A stretch of DNA of 64,000 nucleotides from a virus: the IMG/VR virus record IMGVR_UViG_3300015202_000004, positions 129,980 to 193,979 of that record. One strand, given 5' to 3'. The translations under genes and the position numbers were made by a program. Shown here one piece after another: positions 39,182 to 49,842 of the stretch. Position 1 is the first letter of the stretch. Each line of letters begins with the position of its first letter. Under the pieces are notes generated by a model that ran no database searches, was not told the origin of the DNA, and was given only the letters and a program-made list of their open reading frames with translations.

Positions 39182-40762
39182 TTAGTAGCGAAACCCATTC
39201 CGGCGACGACTGTTGTTTTCCCACAGCGCCTTGATTTGTGCGCCGATTGGGTCAGACACGAGTTCTGCAATCAATTCGTCTTTGGTGATTTCCTTGACAG
39301 GGGCATGGGCACCGGGCAATTGTTTGTTCAATTGGTCAGCAACACTCTTGGCATACGCCATGTGTTCTTCGGTAACGCTGCCGTTATTAAAGCAACGAAT
39401 CTCTTGGACTTCCCACTTCTCGTTTTTCTTCGCTTCTTCCATTTTAATACGTTCGGCTTCAGAAAGTGACGACGGGTAATTGTTATTGTGATTATAACGG
39501 TTATTGTAGTCTTCGCGAATCGCAATGTACGCTAGGAATCCGCCCTTGTTCTCGGGAGTATGGTCTTCGTGGTAAAGCGCATGCGCTCGACCGTTGACCA
39601 TGTTGTCTTCATAGCTACCGTAACGACTGATGCAGCACGAATACCAATCAGAAAGATTCGGGAAGGTCATGGAGTCGGCCCAAACCGTTTTGGGATTCCA
39701 AATGAAGTTGTTTTCTGGCGTCTTCTCGTCAATGACGTTCTTCAGCACCGGAGGTTTATATGTGCTATTTAGATGCTTCTTGTTTTGACGATAGATACTT
39801 TGGAACTTGACCGAATAATTTGCAGCCTTTTCAACTTCTTTTGCATTTAAAAGATTCAGGCCAACAATTTCGAGAGCATCCAAACCGGAGTTTGAAAGAC
39901 TGTTCAGTGCAAGCGACATACGTTCGGATTTGGGGCACCGTGCAAGATACTCTACGACCGCTTCAAAGTTTTCAGAATCGGTCCAATCATTATGCTTCAA
40001 CATAAGTGATTCGTAGAATGTGCCGCGAACCTGAGTTACGAACGGACCCCATTGCTTCTTACTGCTCCAGCCACGCGAAACAAAATTCATCAAATCGTCA
40101 AACGTTAATTGGTTCCAGTAACGAATGGAGTTAAGCTTCTCGGGGACTTCGCCATTCTCAACGTCCTTATGAACGCTATCTTTAACGTACCATTTGCCCT
40201 TGGTGCCATTGGTCTTCGCACCCTTCTTCAGAAGAGCGGAAAGCCACCACTGGTAGTAGGACTTGATAGTTCCGATGGAAAAATTCTCAATCGAAACAAC
40301 CTTCCAGAAATCATCTGGAACATTGCGCCACTTAAGCTTGCCACGGCTTTCCCACAGACCCGAAGACTTTAGCTTCTGAGCCATTAGAAGGGTAGCTTGG
40401 TCTACATATTCTCCCTTGCGAATCTTATCGACCTGGGACTTTTGAATGATAAATTTTGATACCTGATTAATATCGGTATACTGTCCAGGGATGATGATAC
40501 GGTCTTCTTGTGACTTATAATAATAACGATAGCGTGGAACCAGTTCGATTACCAGTCCATTTGGATGCCCAAGGACGCGAAGACGACGACCTTGCTCAAG
40601 GTTATCTACTTCAAGAAGATTGACCTTGACGGTCTTCTCGCCAGCCTTGGTGTACTTGACTTCATCGACGGACGACGAATTGATACTGAAAGATTTCGTA
40701 TCTAGTACAACCGGGACTTCGACGGGGGCAGTGACTTCTTCAATCATTGTTGACATGCACAC
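39182..40762 (-). CDS. large protein with PcfJ-like C-terminus
   Basis: CCISRYGSY...WEVQEIRCFNN; own promoter at about 40765-40795. Confidence 0.5.
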   Translation of the reverse strand: MCMSTMIEEVTAPVEVPVVLDTKSFSINSSSVDEVKYTKAGEKTVKVNLLEVDNLEQGRRLRVLGHPNGLVIELVPRYRYYYKSQEDRIIIPGQYTDINQVSKFIIQKSQVDKIRKGEYVDQATLLMAQKLKSSGLWESRGKLKWRNVPDDFWKVVSIENFSIGTIKSYYQWWLSALLKKGAKTNGTKGKWYVKDSVHKDVENGEVPEKLNSIRYWNQLTFDDLMNFVSRGWSSKKQWGPFVTQVRGTFYESLMLKHNDWTDSENFEAVVEYLARCPKSERMSLALNSLSNSGLDALEIVGLNLLNAKEVEKAANYSVKFQSIYRQNKKHLNSTYKPPVLKNVIDEKTPENNFIWNPKTVWADSMTFPNLSDWYSCCISRYGSYEDNMVNGRAHALYHEDHTPENKGGFLAYIAIREDYNNRYNHNNNYPSSLSEAERIKMEEAKKNEKWEVQEIRCFNNGSVTEEHMAYAKSVADQLNKQLPGAHAPVKEITKDELIAELVSDPIGAQIKALWENNSRRRNGFRY

Positions 40763-40895
40763 ACTATATCAAATCCGAACCTGGAAGTCAATACCCTACG
40801 GATATATTTTAAGTAATTGATTTATTACCTTATATAGACGAATAAAGCGCAGGGTTGGTATTGACAGAGCTACACTTTTATGTTACTATCACTAT

Positions 40896-41594
40896 ATGGC
40901 TAACCGAAGCCGAAGTGCGGCTAACAAAATGAGCGCGATATTAAGACGGGATGGCCCCTATTGTAGCCTGTGTGGTTATTATGTGGTAGGCATATCGCGA
41001 ACGGTTGACCATATCGTAGAGAAGCGTAACGAAGGAGGCGATGAAATCGAAAACCTTCGGATGGCGCACCAGGCTTGCAACCAAGCTCGGGACTCTCATT
41101 ATACCCTTGATAAAAATATGACCATTGAATACCTCCAGGCACTTAAAGACCTGACGACGCGACTGAATGAATTGAACGCCCCATGGCGCTTCTTGAACGT
41201 TCCCGACAATGAGAAGCGTGATTTTGAAATCGAAATTAAGGCCAACTCCAACGACTTTGACAAAATCAGTAACCTTGGCAAAATTATCACCGGAGAAATG
41301 AATCACCTTTGGGGTTCGTTTATAAAAATATCGGTACTTAGTGATGATTCGGTATCCATCAGGACTCTACCTCTTGTTGAAAGCATTGAATTCTATCCAA
41401 CGGACGTTCTTCGTAAAGGCATTCAAATGTCAAACGAACAAAAGGGTAAAAGCGAGTTCGTTCGAGCGGTTCGACATATGCTTTGGACTTACTTGAATGA
41501 ACATGAAAACGAAATTTACCGAAAAATTTCCCGTTCTGATATGTTTCGGAATGCAGAAGGAAATCTACTAAATCTTGCAGAAATAAATGCATAA
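40896..41594 (+). CDS. HNH endonuclease domain protein
   Basis: RDG..C.LCG...TVDHI.....GG.D..ENLR.AH..CN. Confidence 0.8.
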   Translation: MANRSRSAANKMSAILRRDGPYCSLCGYYVVGISRTVDHIVEKRNEGGDEIENLRMAHQACNQARDSHYTLDKNMTIEYLQALKDLTTRLNELNAPWRFLNVPDNEKRDFEIEIKANSNDFDKISNLGKIITGEMNHLWGSFIKISVLSDDSVSIRTLPLVESIEFYPTDVLRKGIQMSNEQKGKSEFVRAVRHMLWTYLNEHENEIYRKISRSDMFRNAEGNLLNLAEINA

Positions 41595-41611
41595 GAAAGG
41601 ATGAAATATAT

Positions 41612-42079
41612 TTGAATTTACTAACACAAGCAATCATCATGGCTGCGACGGCATTCGATGAAATGAATGACCGTAGTGGCAATCCCATGATACTACACGC
41701 CATGCGAGTATCAGCCCGTGGAAAAACGATTGACGAGCAAATTGTCGGCGCTTTACACGACTTGGTTGAAGATACTCCGATTACTTTAGAAAAATTATCC
41801 GAAGTTTTTCCACAGCATATTGTAGAGACAGTGGATAAACTTTCAAGGCGAGACGGTGAGACATACAAGGAATTTATCAAAAGAATCAGCGAACACGAAC
41901 TGGCAACCCAGTGCAAGTTAAATGATTTAGCGGATAATCTTGGACGAGTAAGCAACCTTCCACCCGATGAAGGCAATGGTCTAAAGAAAAGGTATTTGCA
42001 GGCTCGCGCTTCTCTTGGTCAAACTTTGACAGAAGAAGAATCAGCCTGGTTAAAAAAATTCCTTTACGGACTAAAATGA
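41612..42079 (+). CDS. HD-domain (p)ppGpp hydrolase-like protein
   Basis: D.SG.P.ILH..RV, ALHDLVEDT, KL.DL.DN. Confidence 0.8.
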   Translation: MNLLTQAIIMAATAFDEMNDRSGNPMILHAMRVSARGKTIDEQIVGALHDLVEDTPITLEKLSEVFPQHIVETVDKLSRRDGETYKEFIKRISEHELATQCKLNDLADNLGRVSNLPPDEGNGLKKRYLQARASLGQTLTEEESAWLKKFLYGLK

Positions 42080-42125
42080 TAAAGACTCGTGTTTACGAGT
42101 CTTTATTTTATAAAGAGATTATGAT

Positions 42126-42464
42126 ATGGATATCAAGTTGTACGGAAACAATGTCAAGATAGGTATAGGGAAGTTCTTTAAGCCATTAGAAGAAAAATGG
42201 TTTGCACTTCCGTCGCCACTTCGGTTGGCTATGCTTAACTTTATGTCTTATTTTATAATCACAATCAATTTCAGAGCAGTTGCCGAAGCAAATTACCTTT
42301 GGACATTTATTACCGATATCATACTCGCTTGCCTTGGCTTTACCGTATTGAAACATATTCAAGAAGCAAATAGTAAATTCGAAATGATTTGTTATGCCAT
42401 CGGCGGAGCAATTGGAGCGCAAATAGCAATCTTTACTACTCTACATGCTTTATTAAAACATTAA
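42126..42464 (+). CDS. membrane protein
   Basis: Three hydrophobic segments; INFRAVA...GGAIGA. Confidence 0.55.
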   Translation: MDIKLYGNNVKIGIGKFFKPLEEKWFALPSPLRLAMLNFMSYFIITINFRAVAEANYLWTFITDIILACLGFTVLKHIQEANSKFEMICYAIGGAIGAQIAIFTTLHALLKH

Positions 42465-43222
42465 AGATTTTTATCAAAAGTAACTGATTTAAAAACATTT
42501 TTATTAGCGTCAGTAATTGGCGCTATTTTTACATTGGCAACTACATCAGAATTTTTTGTCTCAGAATCAAATTTTTCTTCTGGCTCATTTTTTAGATGAG
42601 TAAGATAATTATAAGAAGACTCAGTATATTGTGGTGAAATCATTGGCATTTTTCTTGCCCTCGCATTTGCATATCTCATGCTTAACTCCTGCATGTAACT
42701 TATTTCTGGCTCAGGTTCTGGTTCATAAACTTCTTCCTGTTGCTTCTCTTGTTTTTCGTTTGGTATAAAATCAACAGGATATATATGCCCAATTTGATAT
42801 GGAGTAGGTTCATATGTTTGATATGGTTCGATAGGGTCAACATTTATAAATCGGCGTCCAATACTTTGATACAATAAACTAGTTTGAATTGGATTAGCCA
42901 TAGATTCAGCTAATGCTTGACGCTCCGATTCTGTCGAAAGAGTCTGTTCAAGATTTATCAATCTTTGTTCTTGAGTTAAATCATTTCTTGGCCCAGGCAT
43001 TCTCAAAATAGAATCAGCCAATAAATGTCTAGCAGTTTCTGTATTTCTATATTCTGCTAAAATTCGTTCGCGTTCTTCTAAAGTCATAAGAAGGGCAGGT
43101 ATTTTCCCAGGTTCTTCAGGCATGATATATCTAATCCCTATGTTATCAAAATAAACTTTAAAAGACATGATAAGATTATAGCTTATGGACGCAATATTAT
43201 ACCACGTATATCTTTGATGCAC
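42461..43222 (-). CDS. hypothetical protein with a capsid-N-terminus-like segment (start uncertain)
   Basis: RQALAESMANPIQTSLLYQSIGRRFINVDPI. Confidence 0.45.
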   Translation of the reverse strand: MHQRYTWYNIASISYNLIMSFKVYFDNIGIRYIMPEEPGKIPALLMTLEERERILAEYRNTETARHLLADSILRMPGPRNDLTQEQRLINLEQTLSTESERQALAESMANPIQTSLLYQSIGRRFINVDPIEPYQTYEPTPYQIGHIYPVDFIPNEKQEKQQEEVYEPEPEPEISYMQELSMRYANARARKMPMISPQYTESSYNYLTHLKNEPEEKFDSETKNSDVVANVKIAPITDANKNVFKSVTFDKNL

Positions 43223-43301
43223 AAGCTACCTTCTAAAAGAGATTTCAAAAAAATTTTTAATAGGTATTGACTTTCTATATTCGATGTGATATAACTAGGG
43301 T

Positions 43302-44186
43302 ATGAAAGTTATCGACCAAATCAAGCCCAAGGACTTTGATACGATTAGCCAACAGATTCACAAGCTGTCGGCATTGACCAACGACAATGCTACCAGTTCG
43401 GTTGAAGCCGCGAACTATGCCGCCATCATTCAGAAGCTGCTTTGGAAGCATAATTTAACGCTAGACCAACTCGCGCCCCGTGCCGATGGTCGCAAGAAAT
43501 CCGCCGATTATAAGAAGGAAGATTTTACACTCGGCGTTGTCGCAAACGACCTGAAGCAATGGAAGATTAATTTGTTCGGTGCAATTGCCGAGAATAACTT
43601 CTGCAAAGTCTACAACTACACAAACAGTGAGTACGTCGTGGTCATTGGTGAAGATGACAATATTGTCGCAGTGAAGCAAATGTATGCATATCTCGAATAC
43701 GAAATTCGTTCACTGGGACGAAATGCATATAAGGTGAATCCGAATCGCGCTTACCACTCACAAATGGAGGCTCGTGTTTGGAAAGGTTCCTTCCGTGACG
43801 GCGCAGTAGGCACCGTTCGTCAACGCCTTGCTGCACAACGTACCGAGGACATTGAAGAAACGAACGTTGAACATAAGAAAAAGATTGCCCTTGAAACCGG
43901 AGTCAACGAAGAAGTCGCAATGGGCAACGCAGGTTCAGCCTTGGTAATTCAAAAAGACAAAGACATGATGGAAGCAGTTTACGAATTCTACCCTTCCCTG
44001 CGACCAACACCGCCGAGCGAAGATGAAGACGGCGGAACGGCCCAAGTCAAGTATAGCAAGCGTCGGGGTCGGCCTCGTGGTTCGGGCCAGTACAATAGGG
44101 CGGCGTACTGGCAGGGCGTCGAAGCAGGAAAATCGGTTAGACTTCAGAAGGAAGTTTCTGGTAGCCGAACGGCACTCAACAAGTAA
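43302..44186 (+). CDS. DUF2786-domain protein
   Basis: I.KL.AL.......EA......IQKLL.KHNL; W...L...IA.NNFC; SFRDG; AY.QG..AG. Confidence 0.75.
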   Translation: MKVIDQIKPKDFDTISQQIHKLSALTNDNATSSVEAANYAAIIQKLLWKHNLTLDQLAPRADGRKKSADYKKEDFTLGVVANDLKQWKINLFGAIAENNFCKVYNYTNSEYVVVIGEDDNIVAVKQMYAYLEYEIRSLGRNAYKVNPNRAYHSQMEARVWKGSFRDGAVGTVRQRLAAQRTEDIEETNVEHKKKIALETGVNEEVAMGNAGSALVIQKDKDMMEAVYEFYPSLRPTPPSEDEDGGTAQVKYSKRRGRPRGSGQYNRAAYWQGVEAGKSVRLQKEVSGSRTALNK

Positions 44187-44270
44187 CTAAAAAGACCAGT
44201 CGGAAGACTGGTCATTTTTTTGGTATTGACATTCGTATAATTTTCTGCTACTATAAACGAGAGGAATTAT

Positions 44271-44888
44271 ATGAAGCAAGACTATAACAAAATTAAAACG
44301 GCAATTCGATACTGGATGCACGGACGCGATTATCATCTTGCACTAAAGGCTATGGAGTTTGGATTAAAGCATCATACAGGTTTTCGCAAAGATGGAATCA
44401 CGCCGGAATTCCAACATCAAGTTTCGCAAGCTAATTTTGCTCGCACCCTTAACCTCATGTATCCAAATGAAACACTTGCAACGATTTTTCTGCATGATGT
44501 AGTAGAAGATTACGCCGTAAGCATCCATGAGATTGAACAAAAATTTGGTATCCAGGTTTCGAAAGCCGTTGAGCTAATGACGAATGCCTACCCGGATGGT
44601 ACGCCAAAGCCAATTGAGATTTATTATGCAAATATGAGCAATGATGCAATCGCAAGCATTGCCAAGGGATGCGACCGTATGCATAATCACCAAAGTATGC
44701 CAGGCGTTTATGCGATTGAAAAAATGCTTCGAAAAATCAACGAAACGAACGAATATATTCTGCCTATGCTGAAAACTGCAAGGAAGACTTTCACCGAACA
44801 AGAACCAGCTTACATGAATATTCGCCATATCTTGCAAATACAATCTGAAATGGTAGAAGCTATTTCGGATGTGCTAAAACGGTCATAA
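44271..44888 (+). CDS. HD-domain RelA/SpoT-hydrolase-like protein
   Basis: HTG.RKDG.TP...HQV, FLHDVVED, K..DRMHN. Confidence 0.8.
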   Translation: MKQDYNKIKTAIRYWMHGRDYHLALKAMEFGLKHHTGFRKDGITPEFQHQVSQANFARTLNLMYPNETLATIFLHDVVEDYAVSIHEIEQKFGIQVSKAVELMTNAYPDGTPKPIEIYYANMSNDAIASIAKGCDRMHNHQSMPGVYAIEKMLRKINETNEYILPMLKTARKTFTEQEPAYMNIRHILQIQSEMVEAISDVLKRS

Positions 44889-44932
44889 AAAACATTTGAC
44901 CTATTGACAAATCATTAATTAAATGGTATAAT

Positions 44933-45643
44933 ATGCACATGAAGCTTTACCATGGCACCAGCATGCAAGCCTTACCAAAGATTTTAAAGAATGGAATCCG
45001 TCCTCGTAGCGAAGAAATCGTTGGTAATTGGGAAGAGTTTCCATCAAAAACTGGTTACGTTTATCTAACTGTCGCCTACGCTTTATATTTCGCAATCACG
45101 GCAACCAAGGAAGATAAGAATGATGAAAGAAAATTTGTCATTGTAGAAATTGAAAGCGACCACCTGCGGCAGAATCGCTTGTGCCCCGACGAAGATTTTA
45201 TCGGACAAGTGCGTTCGCACCAAGAAGAAATCAGTTTGAAGAAAGCGACCGAAGAATGCAATCCGCTTGACTATCGGACTCATTGGAAGCTTAGTTTAGA
45301 AAAAATGGGCAATTGTTGTTACTACGGTAAGGTGCCAGTCACGGCAATCACCCGATACGCAATAATAGACACAAAAATTAACTGGAAACTGACCTTCCTT
45401 GGATTAGACCCAACCATCAGCATTATGAATTTTCGATTAATGTCAAAAAAGTACACTTCCCTAATCAGCCATATTTTTGACGGCACAGAAATTTACGATG
45501 AACAAGCCTTGTTTCAGCCATGGAAAGACATTGATGATGTGCCAGGTTTAGAATTTGCAAATAAAATGTTCGCAGATGCAAAAGCTTTTCAAAAAGAAAT
45601 GCAAGACCTTCGTGGTTCAAGTATTCAAGTATTTAAGTATTGA
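44933..45643 (+). CDS. possible ADP-ribosyltransferase-fold protein
   Basis: LYHGTS...IL..GI.P...VYLT...A pattern. Confidence 0.5.
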   Translation: MHMKLYHGTSMQALPKILKNGIRPRSEEIVGNWEEFPSKTGYVYLTVAYALYFAITATKEDKNDERKFVIVEIESDHLRQNRLCPDEDFIGQVRSHQEEISLKKATEECNPLDYRTHWKLSLEKMGNCCYYGKVPVTAITRYAIIDTKINWKLTFLGLDPTISIMNFRLMSKKYTSLISHIFDGTEIYDEQALFQPWKDIDDVPGLEFANKMFADAKAFQKEMQDLRGSSIQVFKY

Positions 45644-46646
45644 AGTGGTTGACGTAATTAATTAACTGTGGTATAATAAATAGGGAGTTATTAACGCAAA
45701 GAAAGGAAATTAATAATGTACGATATAGTGTATTTCTTTAAAACCATTGGAAAATACTGGTTTTATTACCCTATCATGGATAAAATTTCAGGAGTTAGGG
45801 AGCGTACTTACATGGAGCGAAATCCCGAAGGTCGGATTACACCTGACACATGGGGAAACCCCAAGTATACCTTTACCCAGCAAGTTGTGCAAAAAGCTAA
45901 AATTTTAGGTATTGACTTAAGCAACAAAATATGGTAACATGAAAACATGTTACCGAAAGGTTTTGAATATCGCCGAAAGAACAACAACATTTTCACTAGA
46001 AATAGTGCTAATGCTTGGTGGCTTTACTTCGATAATCAAAACACCTGGCTCTGTATCGTTTACACTGGCAGAGATTATCGCTACGAAATTGACCGACAAA
46101 TCTGTTGCTATAGCAAATTAGAGCTAGCACAAGAAGAATTGATTCAAGACTACCTAGAATTTTGCCAAGATGATTGAAAGGAGTACAAATGCAAGAAGCC
46201 GGGAATACTGATGACGCCAATCAAGCCATGTTTGATTCACCTATTAAACATACTGAGCAAGAGCAAAATGAGGTTTAAAAACCTCTTTTTTGTTATATAA
46301 GTCAGCAAATAAGAATATCATACTTATATATTCTTTTAAGGGTCATCAAATGATTAAAAATCCATTACAAATCGTCCCCAAGATAACAAAGTTGCCTACT
46401 CAGCATTCTTTTCCACTGATTTGGGAAATTAGAATTCATTTGGCAACTATCATATTGTTAAGTATCTTGTCTATCGTTTGTGTTTACAGCGGTTTATCTA
46501 GTGGCATTCCAATTGCCATTTTAGGTTCTGTCCCGGCTATGCTTTATGCATATCACGCCTGGTTTAAGATGGAAGAAATACTTAAGAAACTCCCTTAACA
46601 GACTAGATGGCTTAGTACTATAATTATTTAGTTAAAGGAAGTAATT

Positions 46647-47705
46647 ATGGCTGACTGGAAAGTTATCGCGGATAAGATTGTTTCATTTCCCCACCCTGGT
46701 GCAGATAAGTTGATGCTCGGGAAGGTTGGCTCATTCCAAGTAGTTGTTGGCAAATCAAACGAATATCAAAATGATGACATTGTAATTTTTGCTCCCGAAA
46801 AATCAATTTTACCTGATGAAATCAAGGGTAACTATTGCAACACCGATACGGGTTTGTCGTATCTAAGTGGACCCGACCATAACCGTGTAAAACGTGTCCG
46901 TCTTCGGGGCGAATATTCCGAAGGCGTAACTCTTTCTCGCGAATGGGTTGTATCTAAATTAGGATTAAATTCAATCAATGACATTCCATTGAACGAAGAC
47001 CTATCCGAAAAATTAGATATCAAAAAATTCGAGCCACCTATCCCATTTAACATGGCTGGACAACTTGAACGTATCGAAGGTATCTCTTTCCAGCGTCAGC
47101 ATGACGTTGAGCAGTTCCGTTTGTATAATTCGGAGTTGGTCGAAGGCGAAGATGTAATCGTGACAGAAAAAGTTCACGGTTCACAATTTGTTACTATTCG
47201 TAACGTCGAAGGCAAATGGTACGTTACCTCAAAAGGCATTGGCAAAGACGGTTTAGCCATTGTAGAATCTGAAGGGAACCTATACTGGCAGGCTCTTAAA
47301 AACTCTAGTCTTATGGACCTGGACATTTTTACCAAAGATACGGTCAACGAATATCAAATTTTTGGTGAAGTAATCCCTTGTCAAAAGGGATATTCTTACG
47401 GTCAAACCAAAGCGACCGTTAAAGTTTTTCGGTTTTTAGTAAATGGTCAAGACTATACTTTTGGTGAAGCGTCAATTTTTCTTGGTAAAGAAAACATGGT
47501 CCCGGTGCTTTACGAAGGACCTTACTCTGTTGACAAGATGGTTGAATTATCTAAAGGAATGGAAACCCTTTCTGGCAAGCAAGCCCATATTCGCGAAGGC
47601 GTTGTAGTTGCACCAGCAGTTCCACGTCAAAGCAAAGAGGGTTTTATGTTACTTTTGAAGGTAATAAACCCACGTTATAAGGACTCGGAAGAATCATTTT
47701 CGTAG
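46647..47705 (+). CDS. RNA ligase, Rnl2/DRB0094 family with N-terminal OB fold
   Basis: HPGADKL, RLRGEYSEG, TEKVHG, FGEV, VPVLY.GP, REGVVV, KVIN..Y. Confidence 0.9.
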   Translation: MADWKVIADKIVSFPHPGADKLMLGKVGSFQVVVGKSNEYQNDDIVIFAPEKSILPDEIKGNYCNTDTGLSYLSGPDHNRVKRVRLRGEYSEGVTLSREWVVSKLGLNSINDIPLNEDLSEKLDIKKFEPPIPFNMAGQLERIEGISFQRQHDVEQFRLYNSELVEGEDVIVTEKVHGSQFVTIRNVEGKWYVTSKGIGKDGLAIVESEGNLYWQALKNSSLMDLDIFTKDTVNEYQIFGEVIPCQKGYSYGQTKATVKVFRFLVNGQDYTFGEASIFLGKENMVPVLYEGPYSVDKMVELSKGMETLSGKQAHIREGVVVAPAVPRQSKEGFMLLLKVINPRYKDSEESFS

Positions 47706-48899
47706 TTAAAAAACCACCTTGCATTTAGTTGCGGGTGGTTTTTAATTACCTTGACTTTTGACCCAATGATATGGTAATATAATTAAATGAACGAGCGTAA
47801 GAAAAATCTAATCGACAAGCTAGAAATATGCCTCCTTTCAGTCGAAAATACTATTTTTAATAATAAACTTTCGATGCACAAGAAGATGGATGAAGATATT
47901 TTAAAGATTTGTAAAGCAACTTTACAAATTAACGAAAACATTTATACGCAAGTAAACTCTTTCATTGCGAATTTAAGTGACGACATTAATTCCGACTACG
48001 ATTTACTAGAACGCAATGTTGATAACATGGTTGAATCAGCCATTTCACAAGAAGGTGTTTCGCGCCGTTTCGTTCAAAAACTCTACCTCGAAGAAGGAAA
48101 AAATGGCTAAAACTGTTGCACCGTGCGTTGGTCCAAGCAAGTGTTCATGTAAAGATACTGTAAACTGTAAATTCGAAGAAGGCAAAAATACCATGTTATG
48201 CCCTGGCGATGTTAAGCACGGAGTAATGCTTCGTATGGTAACAGCAACGATTGACGGCTTAACAGTGGAAACGTACTCTTGCATGCAAAAAAAATGCGAT
48301 AGAGAGACGATTGTCTACTCGGGCGGGAAAGACTTGAACTTCAAAATCAGAAACCATTATGGCGTGAAATGATAGCATATTTAATTTTGCTTGTGAAGTC
48401 TGCGAGAGCTTCCATTGCTATTAACAAAGGGGAATGGGCAAAGGCCAGCCGAATTCTCGGATACGAAATTGGGCCAAGCATTCTACCAACAGGACAGGAA
48501 TAATAATGCAGGATTTATGTACGGACCCAACCCATTCAACCACTAGAGCTTTTATGGAACAACTAGGAATTTCAAGATTGTTAGTTTGTGCAGATTGCGG
48601 TAAAAAAGTAGACCGTAAAGACCCAAAGTGGGAATATACTTGCGACCAATGCAAGTGCAGTGCCAAGGCGCACGGCGAGACAATTTATACATTGTGTCAA
48701 CAGTGTAAAACATGTGGGTTCTACGTAGGTAAGTTCAGCGAAGGCTAATGTTATATCTAAATTTGATGGATATACTATTCCATCAACGATTCTCGGATGT
48801 TCTGCTGGCGTCGGAACAAAGGAAGTCACAGGTATAGTTGGCAATCAGCGATTGAAGTTGCTTTACAAAGAGTTACCAAGTAAAATTTATAAAGAAAGT

Positions 48900-49150
48900 A
48901 AAAAAAGACTACCGTTAAGTAGTCTTTTTTCATGACCTGCCTATCTTATTTACAGCAATAAGCTCCCAGTCATACGTTGTACCCCGCAACAGCTTTCTCG
49001 GAAGGCTAATCCGATTGCCGTAACACTGTGCCGAAGAAGTTTAGGGGATACTCTGTAAAAGCCTATCCCTATTCCGCGCCCCTCTCCATGGATGACGGCC
49101 TTCTACCGCCCAACAGTTTCCCGCACTTCAACGAGGGTTGGCCTTGACGT
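48900..49150 (-). ncRNA. orphan structured ncRNA A (about 250 nt)
   Basis: TTGACA-N17-TAGATT promoter (49157-49185); several hairpins; terminator at 48900-48930; no credible ORF. Confidence 0.6.
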
Positions 49151-49206
49151 TCCATTAATCTACCATAAGAATTGACTTGTGTCAAGCCTTGTGATATAAT
49201 AAATTT

Positions 49207-49425
49207 ATGAAAGTTCTCGGCAAAATTTTTAGTAGTATCTGCACCCTATTCTTTTCATTTCTAACAAATGCTGCCATTTCTGCCGCACAGTCTTCTTATA
49301 AGCATGGTCTTCATCAAGTGCGTACTGAGTTTTATCTAATCGCGGCAGGATTAAGCGCATTGTTCCTCTTTATGTCTATCGCAACTTTCTTTCTAAACAG
49401 TGTTGACAAACAAGTCAAAGTGTAG
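49207..49425 (+). CDS. small membrane protein
   Basis: Two hydrophobic segments; leaderless after TTGACT-N17-TATAAT. Confidence 0.55.
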   Translation: MKVLGKIFSSICTLFFSFLTNAAISAAQSSYKHGLHQVRTEFYLIAAGLSALFLFMSIATFFLNSVDKQVKV

Positions 49426-49436
49426 TACAATAAATG

Positions 49437-49752
49437 AGTTGGAAGTATCGAGCTTCCTTCATGGGTATGGCTGAATCCAAATAATGCTAAGGCTGGTTTG
49501 GTAAAGCGATATAATAATCTACAAGCAACTTAGCCCAACGGACAAGTGTCAGCGGGAAGTTAGTTGTTCCCTTCATTGTAAGAAGGGGAGGATAGCGTGA
49601 CAACGAAGGTAACTTTGTGGGTAACGTGGGTAAACAAAACCTGTTATAGACCAAGTAGGAAAGACGTTCTTGTTGACTCTTAGCCCGAAAGTAAAGGTAG
49701 ACAATCCTTTTATCCGCTTAAAACTCCCAAGTAGAAATACAAGGGAGTTTTT
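49437..49752 (+). ncRNA. orphan structured ncRNA B (about 315 nt)
   Basis: TTGACA-N17-TACAAT promoter; hairpins; terminator AAAACTCCC/GGGAGTTTT; no sense ORF. Confidence 0.65.
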
Positions 49753-49842
49753 TGTTTTTCCACAGCTTATTGTGGAAAACTTGTGCATAAAAACTTTTCC
49801 TCAAACCCATTGACTTTCTACTCGAAATACGCTATACTAATC

